A stretch of 64,000 nt of DNA from NCBI GenBank assembly GCA_002104945.1, contig MCFH01000038.1, positions 434,001-498,000 on the forward strand. The letters run 5' to 3'. The notes beneath the pieces are model-generated. The model searched no databases. It saw only the letters and a list, made by a program, of their open reading frames with translations, and was not told the origin of the DNA. Both the position numbers and the translations under genes were made by a program. The DNA is from Piromyces finnis finn (Eukaryota; Fungi; Neocallimastigomycota). This document shows, piece after piece, positions 1 to 18,897 of the stretch. The stretch's first letter is position 1, and each line of letters begins with the position of its first letter.

Positions 1-1919
1 TTTTTTTTTTTTTTTACTTTCCCCATTATTCTTTTTATCTTTCTTTTTTTCTATTTTTATTTTTATATTGGTAATAAATATATATGTTTTTTTTTATAAC
101 ATTTACGAAATATAATGTTTTGTATTTTTTTTTTTTTTTTTAATTATTTTAGTATATAGTTATTTATTTATTTTTATATTAAAAAATACTGGAAAAAAAG
201 AAAAATGAAAAAAAAAATTTAAACTTTTTCTTAAAATACAACTATAATATCTTTTTTTTTTTTTTTTACTTAATTTAAATTCTATATCAATTCTATTTTA
301 CTTTTTTTTTTTTTGTAATGAAAAATATCTATATTCTTTTTTAAACTTTTTAAATATAAAATAAATAATAGCTTGAAACTGTTTTTTTTTTTTTAATTGC
401 TACGATTACTTTTTCTTTTTTTTTTTTTTTTCCTTTTCTTATATATATTTTCATTTCCTTTCCCTTAATTTCTACATCTACAACTAGTATTTTATTCTTA
501 TATTTATACATTCTATATATTATAATGAATTATATAACAAAATTTACTATAAATAAAAAAAAGTATTTTTTTTTTAAAATTTAAAATTTATCAATTATTA
601 TACTATTACTTTCTTTCTATATATTTTTAAAATATATACTATTTAAACAAACAAAAAAAAAAGATATATATAATAATTCATTTAAATATATATTTTAGGA
701 AAATGAAAAAAAAAAAATTGTGAATAGAAAAAAGAAATTCATAATTACTTGATAATAATATATTTGTAGTTTTAATACTATTTCAGTTTCATGTGTAATA
801 AATTGTTTTTGCTTTTTTTCGTAGTATGAATGTAAAAGTTGATAATTTGAATATTATTTTTTCCCTTTTCTTGCTGGCTTATTGACAAAAAAGAATAAAG
901 AAATAATACTATATTTTCTCTTTTTTATTTTTGTCAATCAATATATTCTGTAGGCGTTTACTCGTGTTAACGAAAACAATGTATATACGTGAATTTTCTA
1001 TTAAAAATTGTTGTTCACTGTGAATATATTTATATAAATAATTAAAAACTTAAATGATTTATTTTCTTTCATTAAAGTGGAAGGATAACTAAAATAAATA
1101 TATAATTTTTTTTTAAATAATACAATAAAATTCAATTTAAAAAAAAATAGTATAGTAATGAAAGAAATAAGTTTTGAATTGATTTTTTTCCCTTCTTTTT
1201 CCTTTTTTTTTTTTGGATAAATAAAAAAAATAAATAATACTAGTTAACTATTTATTTTTAATTTATTTATTTGTTTTTTTTTTATGATTATTTCTTTTCT
1301 ATTTCTTTTTTTAGAGGTTTATCAAAATTAATGACATTGAATATATTTTTTATATTTTATAATAAATATATCATTGTATAAACCTCGTCTATTTTATATA
1401 TATATATTTAATTATTGAAAGATAAGTTCTTTTAGAGTCTAAATAAATATTTTGTTTTTTTTCTTTTCTTTTTGTTTTCTTTACTATTTTATGAATATCA
1501 TTTCTTACTGGATAAAAATTAATTAATACTTTTTTTTTTTAAATTCATTTGAAATGAATTTTTTTGAAAAAAAAAAAAAAAAGAAATAATATTGATAAAA
1601 ATAAAGAATATTGGTTGTATTATTTTTTTAATATTGTTATATAATAGTGAGATAAAAAATATATATTGTATATATTGTAGTATATATTGAATTCTAAAAA
1701 ATATATTGCTATTGATAGTAATTTTTTTGATAAATGTAAATGATATTGCTTTATCATTTTCTATCATCATCATCATCAAAAATCTATTTTAATATTGCAT
1801 TATTGAATAAATTAGTTAAAAAAAAAGGGGGGAACACCTTATAATTTTTTTCTTTCTTTTTATAAAAGAAAAAGTATTAACTATGGTGTTCCATAAAGCT
1901 TTGCCTATTCTTCAATTAT

Positions 1920-3671
1920 TTAAGCTTGTTGCATAACATTTTTGTAGGAAGCTTCTTCGTTTTCATTACTAACTGGTTTAGGAGAATTTAAGGTGCTGAC
2001 ACTTCCATTACTATTAGAATTAGAAAATTTATAATTGTAATAGTCATTATTGTTATTGTGTGAAGAACGTTCATGAACTGGGTTACCACAACGATCCTTA
2101 CCATAGCTAATTTTTTGGTTTTCATAAAATGAATTATTTCTCATGCTTTCAACAGCCTTAACAGCAGCCTTAATACTAGTAAAGTTTACAAAACCATATT
2201 TCTTTTCTGGAATTAAATTAATTAACTCAATATCACCAAATTCAGAGAAATCTTTACGAAGTTTTTCTTCAGTAGTACCATCCTCTAATTGACCAATGTA
2301 AACATTACGAGTGGCACCATTTTGAATAGCTGTGGAAAGATGTTGAGAAAGAGTTGGATGCTTACCCCAACCAACCTTTGTAATTCTCTTACCTTTAATG
2401 ATAATACCTTCACATGACACTTTATTGTAGAAACTAGTAGCAGTATTTGGGTCTACAAAAGTAACAAAGGCACAATTACCTTCAGATTTATATTTAATTT
2501 CTTGAAGAATACCACCTCTAATAACATCACAAATATCCTTAATAGTAATATCTGGTCCAAATCCTCCCAAGTAAACTGTTCTATTGAATGATGGATTACT
2601 ATTTAAAATAACAGTTGGGAAGGAACTGGAATAAAGGTTTGGATAGTTATTGGCTGTGGTGGAAGTAATTTGAAGTAAGGATGGATAAGAATTAAGGGTA
2701 TTGTTATTGTATTGAGAGTATGGAAGACCGTTGTTATTACCAAAAAGAAGAGCATTATTATTAGAATTAATCTTTAACTTGACAGGAAGAGCACAACGGT
2801 CATTACCATAGTTAATACGGTGATCAATCCAACGTTTTTCGTTTTGGAAAGTTTGGATGGCTCTCATAGCAGCTGCTATGCTAGTCATATGAACGAAAGC
2901 AATGCGCTTTTCTGGAAGAACCTTAATAACATCAATTGGTCCAAATTGTGAGAATTCCTTTTCAAGGTACTCTTGAGTGATAGTTTCATCCAAGTTACCA
3001 ATGAAAATATTTCTAGATGCATTGTTTTGAACAGCTAAAAGAATGTTTGGAGAAATTTGAACTGGCTTACCCCAGCCAATCTTGGCATCTTGATTATGAA
3101 TAGTAATACGTCTAAGTGTAGCGCTTTGATAAAAGGCTACAGCTGAACTAGCTTCAACAAAAGTAACAAAAGCATAATTTTTATCCTCAAAAATCTTTGC
3201 ATTATCAAGTTTTCCACCACGAACATGATTTAATAATTCTTCATATGTGGTACCATTAGGTAAATTACCAATGTAAACAGTACGAAGTAAAGGATTAATC
3301 ATCATTTGAGGTGGAGTATTTGGAGAACCAGCAGTAGCCATAGCTTGAGAATTATATAATTGAACTGGTGATGCACCATATTGAGGAGCTTGTGGAGAAG
3401 TTGGAGTATATGAAATTGGACTGTTTGCTGTGGAAGCATGTGGATAAGGAGAATATTGACTATATTGAGTATTACTACCTTGGAATTGTCCTATAGTTAA
3501 ATTTGGTGGAACAGCCATATTATATTTAGCAGAACCGGAAGTAGGAGAATATGGTGCTGGTTCATGTGGACCCATTTGTTGAACTAAAGGTTGGGTAGCA
3601 ATACCAACATTATACTGGGTATAATAGTCTGGTATCATAATATTGCTTGGACTTTGTGGATTATAACTCAT
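1920..3671 (-). CDS. nrd1: Four-RRM RNA-binding protein, S. pombe Nrd1 / S. cerevisiae Mrn1 family
   Basis: Intronless 583 aa ORF with two tandem RRM pairs (RTVYIGNL..YAFVTF, SRNIFIGNL..IAFVHM, RTVYLGGF..CAFVTF, TRNVYIGQL..YGFVNF). The GWGK and YGxDRC motifs typical of this family follow the RRMs. The N-terminus is low-complexity and S/P/Y/Q-rich. This is not the S. cerevisiae termination factor NRD1. Confidence 0.88.
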   Translation of the reverse strand: MSYNPQSPSNIMIPDYYTQYNVGIATQPLVQQMGPHEPAPYSPTSGSAKYNMAVPPNLTIGQFQGSNTQYSQYSPYPHASTANSPISYTPTSPQAPQYGASPVQLYNSQAMATAGSPNTPPQMMINPLLRTVYIGNLPNGTTYEELLNHVRGGKLDNAKIFEDKNYAFVTFVEASSAVAFYQSATLRRITIHNQDAKIGWGKPVQISPNILLAVQNNASRNIFIGNLDETITQEYLEKEFSQFGPIDVIKVLPEKRIAFVHMTSIAAAMRAIQTFQNEKRWIDHRINYGNDRCALPVKLKINSNNNALLFGNNNGLPYSQYNNNTLNSYPSLLQITSTTANNYPNLYSSSFPTVILNSNPSFNRTVYLGGFGPDITIKDICDVIRGGILQEIKYKSEGNCAFVTFVDPNTATSFYNKVSCEGIIIKGKRITKVGWGKHPTLSQHLSTAIQNGATRNVYIGQLEDGTTEEKLRKDFSEFGDIELINLIPEKKYGFVNFTSIKAAVKAVESMRNNSFYENQKISYGKDRCGNPVHERSSHNNNNDYYNYKFSNSNSNGSVSTLNSPKPVSNENEEASYKNVMQQA

Positions 3672-6600
3672 TTTACGAATCGAAATTTAAAATGCTGAAA
3701 TATTTATTATTAATATAATAATAAAAATATATACATTTAAAATTAGAATAATTAGAATACTAAAAAAAATATTCAAATTGTTACAATTCTATTTATATGA
3801 ATTAATATTATTAGCTTTATAGACAAAATATTTTATATATTAATGATTATAAATATCCACTTATTATTATTATTATTACTAAATTTAAGAATTGTTTATT
3901 TACAAAAATATTAATTAAAAAAAAAATGCACTTTGGTTTTTTTATAATATTTTTTTTTAACTTTGAAATTATTCAAACTATTTTCTTACCTTAAAAATAA
4001 TTTAATAAATTATAAATTTTTTAAAATTGCTTTTTTTTTTTTATTAACGTTAACTTATTTTATTTTTTAGAATTTTTACTTTTTTTTTTTTTTTAATTTG
4101 TATTTTACTTTATTGAAAGTAACAAAACTCTATATTTAATGTTTTATTTGATTGTATTGTATTGTTTTTTATTTTTATTTTTTTTATTTAATTTAATTTT
4201 TATTTAATTTTTTTTTTTTGTTTTTTGTTTTTTGTTTTTTTGTTTTATTTTGACAATATATATCTTTTGTATTTCTGCGTTAGTTTTTGAATTGTTGTTA
4301 ATTTTCACTAATCATTACAAAAAGTTTACAAAATAAATTTGTCAAAGTTTTTTTTTATCCCAAAATTTTTTTTTAAAGGTTATTGTTTATATAATAGTTT
4401 TTTTTTTTTTTTTTTCCTTTTCTTTATGAAAATTGTTTTAAATATTTATTAATACTGAATTTAATTGAAAATCTAAAACTTTATCGAGTATTATATTAAA
4501 TATTTAATTTCATGTATTTTGAAGAAAAATAATTTATTTTTTTTTAAAAGATTATTTTAATTGAAGGTAAAACAAACAAATAAGATCCCTTTAAAAAAAA
4601 AGTTTACTTTAAAACAATAATTTAATAATAAAAATTTAAAATTAGTTTTTATTATTATTATAAAAGAACATTAACTTTCTAAAAAGTGAAAATAATCAAA
4701 AGGAATAATTACATTTATATATAAATTAAAAGAAAAAAAATTTTTTTTATTATTCAATAAAAATAAACAAAAAAATATTTATTTAATTAAATGTATATAT
4801 AATTATTTATTAAATAAATAATATAATATTATTTAAATGAATACACTTATAGTTATTTAAATAAATAGATAGTTTGTCTTAATCCATTCATATAATTAAA
4901 ATAATTTATTGTAATAAATGGATTAAACAGAGTTATTAATATATTGTTAAATTAATTGTATTAATATATTATAATATTAGAAAAAAAATTTGTCATACAT
5001 GAAAATCTTTATTAAAAAAAATTCAACTTTTTTTGATGGTTTTTATTTAGCTTTTTTTTGTTTAAAAATGGGTGTCTTTTTTTTTTTCTTATTATTTATT
5101 ATTAATAACTATTAATAAAAAAATGATTATAGTATTATAGGAAGGCTAGATCAGTATTAATAATAAAGAACAGTTATTTAATAGTGTATATTTTTTTTCA
5201 TAGAAAAGATTTATACTTTATAAAAGAATATCAAGAAATTTTACTTTAAAATGAATACTTTACACCTAAAAATAAAATAATATATAGAATAAAAAAGTAT
5301 TGTTCTAATTATTCTTTTATTATTATTATTATTATTATTAAAAAGAGTGTTATAATAAAAAATAAAGGGTTTAAAGATTAAATGAGTACAAAATAATGAT
5401 AATGAACTAGGGATATTAAGAATGAAACACCCTAACATTACCATTGCATTAGTATCGCATTAGTGGTTATTAACATAATGTTCGTTTTATTCTTTGTATG
5501 AAATAAGAAATTGTTTTTATTTTTTCATATTTCATACTAATCTTATTATTATTTGTTTTATAGTTGTATTAATTAAAATTAATACTTTTTATAAATTTAA
5601 TTATTAAATAAAATTTAACAGAATATTATTATTGTTTTTAATGAAAATAGAATATTTTATACAACAACAATTTGTAACATAATAAAATTCATTTTTTCTT
5701 TTTTTACTATAACTTTACTATTGTCATTTCTTTTTCCTTTTTTTTACTCAAACACTTTTATTTTTTCTTCATCCCTTGTACAGATTAAGCATAGCCTTTT
5801 CAACTATTGTAAAAGTTTTTACTTTCAATGACAAATTTCCTTTGGTTACTTAAAAAGAATTATAATAAATAAAGTTTATTATTGAAAATGATAGAAAAAT
5901 TAAACTTTTCTTCATTGGTACATAGAAATTAAACTTTAATTATTATTATTCTTGTATTTTTTTTAAATTTTGATGGTGGTACAACTATTATTTAATTTAA
6001 CTAAAGTTTCTCTTTTTAAAAAGTAATAATTAGTATTTCCAAATTAAATAGAATAATATATTAAATAGAAATTGTTTGATTTAATATATGATTAATATCA
6101 ATTGTATTCAATGTTGTACAATATACAATTCATTATAACAATATAATATAATATAATATAAATGGATATATTGTAATTCTTTTGAAATTGAGTATAACAT
6201 TAGGTGCATTAATACCTATTCTTTTATATTATTTATATTATATACAATATATTAAATATATATTAGTAATACAATTCTTTTATATGATTTTTGATGTAGT
6301 AACCTCCTTCATTTACCAATAAATCCTTTTTAAAATAATAATAATAAAAAAAAAAAGAAATTAAATTATTGGCTAGGTGTAACTTAAAGATATTTCAAAT
6401 TGAAATAATGAAAAAGGTGGAAAAGGCATACATCATCATTAGAATATCGGATGTTCATTGCCTACAATAATGGTATAAAAGAAAAGGATTATTTTTTGTT
6501 TGTAAAGTATTTATAAAACCATAACAACAATGATTTATATTTTTTTTAATTAATTTCATAAATAAATAAAAAAAAATGTTACTATTATTCTTTAGGTTCA

Positions 6601-8180
6601 TTTCAATTTACAATATACTTCCTATTCCATCATTAAATTTTATTAAATATAAAATTTAAAAAAAATACTTCTCTTTAATTAATTATCAATTTTAAGTTTC
6701 ATATAAAAATAATAATATTAAATAATTAATTAGTTTTTTTTTTTTTGTCGTTTATAAGCACTTTATTAATAGTATCACTGCTTTACTTTATATATATATA
6801 CATAATTCTTCTTAGAATGTGCATTTATAAAAATTTATATTTAAACTTTATTATGAGTAATATTAAATTAAATAATAAAGGTTTAATTAAAAACTGTACA
6901 TTTATCAAGTGAAAAACTAGAAATTTATAAAAAAAAAAAGTATTATTCATTCAAACTAAAAAAAAAAAAAAAAAAAAGGGAAAATAGAATTTATTCCTTC
7001 GTATGATTTGAGTTATAATACCAATATATAAAGTTTAAACTTTATCAATCCTTATTTTATTTTATTATATTTTATTAAAAGATGACATTATTACAATCTA
7101 TTAAAGTTAGTTGTTATTCTACATAATATTATATTCATTTACTAAAGTATTCTTTAATAAGAGAAAAATAGAAATTTACTATCGTTTTTAATATGTACAT
7201 GTAAAGTAAAAAAAAAAATGAAAGAAATTTGATGATATGATATTAATTTTTTATTTATTATTATAAAAAATTATAAAAAAGCATACAGAAAAAAAAAAGG
7301 TTAAATGAAAAATTTAATAAAAGAATTTAAGAGTATTAACGTATTTTGTATATTATGTATATCATGCATATCATGCATATCATGTTGAAACGATAATTAA
7401 AATTAAAATATAATATTAATTAAAGCAATAAGGTATTTAATAAAGTAGAAAAAATAAAAATAAATAGATATATATATATAGAGAGAGAGAGATTTTAAAA
7501 AAGCAGATAAAAAACATAGTAAATTGTATATTGGTAGAAATTTATATTAGTTATAATTTAGATAAATTATAAATATTTGTTCATATTAAATCTTTTAAAA
7601 TTTAAAAAACAATACTATATATAAATATTTATTATAGTATAGATATTCTTTTATATAAATTACTTATTATATCATATTTTGTTATTTTGCTATTTTGTCT
7701 TTATCTTCAAATTTAAAGGTTTATTATTAAAGATTAGTATTTATTATAATACTCTTTTTAATTTTTTTTTTTAATTAGTAATTAGTAGAATGATTTCATA
7801 TATATTTTCCCGGTTATATACTTCTAAATATGATATAGAAACTTTTCTATCAAAAAAAAAAAAAAAAAAAAGGACGAAATATTCTTTGTTAATTATTAAA
7901 AAAAAAAAGACTTTTTATTATATTTTTTGATAGGATAAATATCAAAATAGCTTTAATCATTTTTATCAATATAAATGTGATGAATAAAATGATATCATGC
8001 TTTAAGTGGTTTAATTTGAGTTTTTATTATTCTTGATAATATTTTTGAAAGAGATTAATAACTCTTAATGTTGAATAGTATACGTTAAAGCAATCCTTTT
8101 CATATTTAATGTAGTATTTTTCTTACTTATTGTAATAATAAAATTATTAATGGAAGATATTTTTAAAAATGAAGGAAAAA

Positions 8181-8226
<46 letters not shown>

Positions 8227-8495
8227 TGTGTTTAATAATACATCTTTTGTTTAAAGGGAACACTTTTTTTTAGAATAAAATTTTATATGGTATATCAAAA
8301 AATTTCAATGGTTTTTTAATTATTTTTTGAAATAGATGATACATAAAATTTACTTTAAATTTTCAATTATAAAAGTTTATAAATTAATAATAATTTTAAC
8401 ATTGAATTGATAATTATTTTTTGTTCTATTTTTTATATATATAGAAGTCATCTCGAAAGAACTAAATAAATAGATAAAAAATTACTTTTTTGAAA

Positions 8496-10747
8496 ATGGA
8501 AAGTCAAAATATGTAGTATGTATAGTGAACTATTATATTAAATATAAATAATATTTTTTTTTTTTTTTTTATAATCTTATCAAAATAAAATAATAAGAAA
8601 ATATGAAATCTGATTTCAAAATTGAAATTAAAATGCAATGTCAATGAAATTTCATTTTTATCTTAATTGATAATTATCAATGAAATAAATAAACAAATAA
8701 ACATACCCAATATTTTAATAACAACAATAATAATTTTTTTTTTTTATATTAATAATTCACAATATTCTTATTATAACTTTTATTTATTCTTTTAATAAAT
8801 TTGCACTTTATGATTTTAAATTCATTTTTATAATAAATCCAAATTAAAAAGTGCCGTTTCCGCACCAGGAAAAGTTCTTATTACCGGTGGATATCTTGTA
8901 TTAGACCAACAATATACTGGATTTGTTCAGGCTACTAGTTCTCGATTTGTTTGTTTGGTTTTAAAAAATGACAAAAATATTTCAGATAATAATTCTGTCA
9001 AGGTTACCTCACCACAATTTATTCAAGGTCAATGGAATTATCATTGGAACAATGAAACTAAGGAATTAAGTGAAGAGTAAACTATCATATTTTAATGGAA
9101 ATATAATATATATGTTATAGAAAGTTGTTGGAATAAAACAAAAAAAAAAAAAAAAGATTTAAAGAAAAGAAAATTAAAAAGAAATATAATTATTATTTTG
9201 AAGAGACAAATATAAAAGAAATTATAATTTGAAATCAAAATTTTAAATATTATTAAAAAACGGATAAACAATATTCATTTTAACACCACAGGAAACAATA
9301 AATTTAAAATCAGAAATAAAATAGATTATATTTATTATTTTTTTTTTTTTAATTTCATTTATTTTTTTTTATAACCTCCAACTCATTTAAAATTAAATAT
9401 GTATTTTTTTAATTATATAAAAATACATATCAATTAACTCATTTCAATCTTTTATTAAATACTTTTTAAATATTTAAACAAAGTGCTACTAATGCATCTC
9501 AAAATTACTATATTCAATGTACAATTCAGAATACATTATTAATTGCTTCTAGTTTAAGTCCAGATTTCAATGACTTGATAAGTTCTGGAATTAAAATTAT
9601 TATTATGGGTCATAATGACTTTTATTCTCAAAGAGAACAAGTAAGAAGAAATGATTTTACAGATATAATATTATATTTTTATTATTATTATTTTTTTTTT
9701 TTACATATATACAATAATAGATAATTATTATAACTTTTTTTTTTTTTGATTAATTTATGATTATTACTTGTTATTATTGATATAAATTAATAAATTTTAA
9801 TTATAAAAAGTTACAAAAAATGAATTTACCAAGAAACTTTACATCCATTCGTTCCATTCCAGATTTTTGTGAAGCAAATTGCCTTATTAAAGATGTTAAT
9901 AAAACTGGATTAGGATCTTCTGCTGCTATGATAACAGCTTTAGTATCAAGCTTATTAGGGTAAATTTTATAAAAATATATTACTAATGTAGTTTTTAAAA
10001 AAAATTAATAATCTTAAACTTCAAAATTTGCAATATCAAAACATTGAAATTTATTTAAAATAAATTATAATGGGATTAGTTTTTTTAAAATTATTGATAT
10101 TCCAGCTTCTGAAGAAGAGGCTAAAAAAATTGACACAAAGAATGATTTTAGTCTTAATTTCCTTCATAATGTTGCTCAATATTGTCATTGTTTAGCTCAA
10201 GGTAAAGTTGGCTCAGGTTTTGATGTTTCTGCTGCTATATGGGGTAGTCATGTATACCGTCGTTTTAATCCAGCTATTATTAATGATCTCTATAAATTAG
10301 TAAGTATTTGTGTGAAAAACGTAAACTATTTATTATTCTTAATAACATAATTACAATTTATAAATATTAATTGGGGGTTTATTGCATTAGGATAAGAAAG
10401 AACTTACTGCAGAAAAACTTGTATCTGTTCTTGATCCAAAAAAGAAGTATGAAAATAAAATTCAAAATTTAATAAAAAATTATATATACACTATTATTAT
10501 TATATGAAAAAAAAAAAAAATTGTTAGTATTTTTAATTTTATTAAATATATTTATAATTTTTAAATATAATTAATAAAATCATGCATAAATTATTTATTA
10601 AATCTAAAAGTCCAAATTGGGATGCTATTGTTAAACCATGTCATATCCCACCAGGTTTTACTATGAGACTTGCTGATATAGCTACTGGTAGCAGTACTCC
10701 AAAAATGGTTTCTAAAGTCAATGCTTGGAAAAAAGCTAATCCAGAAG

Positions 10748-10782
<35 letters not shown>

Positions 10783-11482
10783 TTTCTTTCTATACATTTT
10801 TTCTTAAAAAACTTCAATAATTAATATAAATATTTATGAATGTATTATTATGTAGCTTTTGAATTATGGTCTAAATTAAGTTCCTACAACAATAAAATTA
10901 ATATTCTTTTTGAAAAGCTCACTCAAAAATGTCAATCTGACAGTGAGGCCTATTGGACAACTTTAAATACCTTAAAAAATTACACAGTGAAAGAAGTAAT
11001 ATACATAAGATAGTTTAATATTTAATAATTATCTTTATATTTCATTTATTAACCTACTTATTGTAACAAATATACATTAGTGGAAACAATATGAAGATAA
11101 GGTTTCAAAAGATATTTTAGATTTACTCATAGAAGCTTATAACGACTTTTTACAAGTAAGATGCTGTTTAAGAACCCTTAGTGAAAAAACTGAAACACCA
11201 ATTGAACCGGAATCTCAAACTCATTTACTTGATGCTTGTATGGAATGTCCAGGTATTCTTATGGCTGGTGTTCCAGGAGCTGGTGGTTTTGATGCCATTT
11301 TCTGTATAATTATGGAAGGAAATTCTTCTAACGGTAATGTATGTAAGGGTATTGATGCTATAGAAAAATTATGGCAAAATTGGACTGAAAGTAGTGTATG
11401 TCCATTATGTGCTAGTCAATCAAACTTTGGTATTTCCAAGGAAGATCCAAATCTTTATTTGAAATTCATTCCATCAAACTAG
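8496..11482 (+). CDS. ERG8: Phosphomevalonate kinase (GHMP kinase), multi-exon
   Basis: Exons encode [18 protein letters not shown] (from 8852), [27 protein letters not shown] and [12 protein letters not shown]; stop TAG at 11480-11482. The start at 8496 is tentative: a 20 nt first exon (ATGGAAAGTCAAAATATGTA|GTATGT) spliced to 8852 gives MESQNMYAVSAPGK. Confidence 0.92.
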
Positions 11483-12519
11483 AATGATGAAAATAAATAT
11501 ATATATATATATATATATAACTATTTTTATAATATTAATTTAAAACTATAATATAAAATATATAAAATGAATAAATGAATAAATGAATAAATAATAATAA
11601 TATAAGAAACTTTAGGTAATATTAATATTTTTTTAATTTTCAATAATATTCTTTTACAGTGTATGTATATAAAATGCAAACAAAAATAAAATAAAAATAT
11701 CAAAAAAATTATATTAAAATAATAAAATATTTCTTTAAAAATTCAATGAATTTCATTATTATTTCATTAAGAAGGAATGTTTTAAAATAGATTAGAAAAT
11801 AAAAAGAAACAAATTATTTCTATTCTTATTATATAAAAAATAAAATAATAAAAAAAAAAGACTAGTTACATACCTTCCTTCTTGGTATAATTAATTAATT
11901 TTATCTCTTTTTTGTATAAATTAATTTATTTTAAAATATCTTTAGTTTGTGTAACATTTTAGTGATATTAATATATCTTTTATCAAATAAAATGAACTAG
12001 TCATCTTTTTATGTATGAATATATCTTTATTTTTAGAAAAAGACATGAATAAAAAAAAAAATAATAAAAAGTAGTGTGTTAAATAATAATAATAATAATA
12101 ATATATCATATTAATATCTTTTTAATATATTTTTCAATTCGAATGCATTGAACTATATCATTTATATAATATATAAAGAAAATGCTTATGCAATTATTTA
12201 TTTTAATGAAACAGGATTTTATCACATCACTATACAAAATAATTTATATTTCAAAGGGTAAATAAATCAATTTTTTCTTTTATGTCAAATTCTATTACTA
12301 TTACGTTAATAATGAAATGATGTAACTAAAAATAGGTAATTATATTAATTTATATAGTTTATGTCTATTTATTGGATTAATAAAATTTGTAAAGTTAGTT
12401 TTATAGCTTTTTGAAATAATTACTTTAGTTTTATGTCTATATAGTCCTTATAATTATTATAATTATATACCTTAGGAAGAATGTTATAAGTAAATATTTT
12501 TTCCTTTAATTTTTATATC

Positions 12520-12771
<252 letters not shown>

Positions 12772-14074
12772 TTATACGTTTGTAAAAAAAACAATTAAGG
12801 CTAATGCTTTGTATTAATAAATTTATAATTAAATTATTTTAAAAAAAGTTAATCTTTCATTGATTTTTTTTTATATTAAAATCTTCTTAATTTATATTTG
12901 CATATATATCATGCGTAGAAAATATATTAAGGGGAATTTAATTAAATTTGAACAAATAATAATAAAAAAAAGTTATATAGACAAGTTATTTAAATAAAAA
13001 AACAACAACACTTTTTTAGAATAAACCTTTTTTAAAAAAGTAAAATCAAAAAAAAAAAAAAAAGAAAAATATATATATATATATAAATGGAATTATGAAT
13101 TAGTAATTATATATACATAAAAAATATAAAAAATAAATAAAAAGATAAAAAATATAAAAAATAAAACAACAGTAATACAAAAAATAAGAACATATTAATA
13201 GATAAATGTTTTTCTTTTCGTTTCAATTTTTACATATATAAAGTAACAATTTAAAAAGAAATATACAATTAAAAAAAAAAAAAAACAATGCAATAAGTAA
13301 AAACATCTTATTCTATATAAATTGAGTTCTTATTAAAATTATAATAAGTGAATAAAAATAAAAAAATAAAAAAAATTATCAATATATTTTAAATTAATAA
13401 TGATAATTTAATTACTTAATAAAAATAAAAATTCAGTTAATAATAAAGTAAAATATATTTTATAAAGTACAATTTTATTAGTTTTAAATTCGTTAAATAA
13501 GAATAATAACATCAATAATAGATATTGATATTAATGATATTTCAGTAATAAAAAAATAATTAAATAACATATAAATATTTTTCAGGAATTAAAAGTTTAT
13601 ATGTGACAATAAATAATAATAAAATCAAACATATATATACCAAAATCCTTTTAAATATTTACTCTTAATTACTAATTCAGCAATTAAAGAAACCGAAATT
13701 TTATTTATTAAAATAAAAACAACCCAAGACATAATCAATTTATAAAATATAAATGTAATTTTTAATAAAGAAATTATAGTCAACTTTAGAGTTTTATAGC
13801 CTATTAATAATAAAAATTGAAATAAAAATAAAAAAGCAAAACGAAATAGAATAAAATAGAAAAAAAAAAAAATAAATAAAAAAATAATTTAAAATCCTTA
13901 AGAAATAGAAATATTACAAATACGTTATTTTATATTAACATAGTACAAAATAATTCTTTATTAGCTATAACATTATATAACTATCAATATATTTTAAAAT
14001 AATATTTTGAAGAAATAACAATTAATATCTTATACAGAAAAAAGAACGGAATAATAAAACATATATAAATAATA

Positions 14075-18036
<3,962 letters not shown>

Positions 18037-18487
18037 ACTAAAGAAAATAAATTGTTAATTCATTATATCGATAAATATTAGTATTAATATTAGATATTTT
18101 TTCTTTCGTTTAATTGAAAGAGAAATATTATGTATTATAAATAATATAAATATATATATATATTACTATATTACTATATTACATTTTTCTTTTATATATA
18201 TATAACTTTCATTATTTATATTTTATATTTTTATTTTTTTATTTTTTTTGTTTGTTTTTGTAATGACTTTTAAAGAATAAATGATACAATTAAGAAAAAG
18301 ATATATTTGTAATATTTTATAACACTATTTAATTAGTTTAAAAATAAAAGTTAATAAATTATAATAATAATGCATTATACATTAGATATATAAAAAAAAA
18401 AAAAACAATTAAAATAAAATATTCGTTATGCAATTCAAAACAAATATCCCTTTTTTTTAATATAATAATTTATTGTGGTAAAATAAT

Positions 18488-18492
18488 TTATA

Positions 18493-18528
<36 letters not shown>

Positions 18529-18577
18529 ATGAATAAATAAATAAATAAATAAATAAATAAGTAAATAAATAAATAAA
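18488..18577. repeat. (AAAT)n tetranucleotide repeat
   Basis: Near-perfect TAAA/AAAT run with two G substitutions. Confidence 0.9.
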
Positions 18578-18897
18578 AACACAACAATGTTTTATTATAA
18601 ATGATATAAACTTTTACATTTTATAATTTCTTTCTTTTTTTTTTAAAAAAAAATACTATCATTGAAATTATTTATTTTTAATTTCTTTCTTTTTTTCTTT
18701 CTTTTACCTTTATTCCCTTTTTTTTTTTTTTTTTTTTTAATACCATATAAATAAATTTAAATATTTGAAAATAATATTTATCATTTAATTTTTAATTTTT
18801 AATTACTGTAAATATATCAAAACCTTTTATACAATTAAATATATATGTATGCATTTTTGAAAAAAAATATTGTTATAAAAGAATTAAAAGATTTCAA

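Noticed and set aside
1519-1779. Short hydrophobic ORFs from the track (also 5241-5444, 45349-45552, 51672-51863, 53145-53330)
   Set aside because: F/I/K/N-rich translations of AT-rich non-coding DNA with no motifs; several begin at non-ATG codons.
3672-8495. ncRNA or hidden gene in the 4.8 kb divergent intergenic region (slightly GC-richer patches near 5380-5480 and 6360-6480)
   Set aside because: I found no tRNA, snRNA or snoRNA signature and no spliceable coding signal by eye; an Infernal/Rfam scan would be needed.
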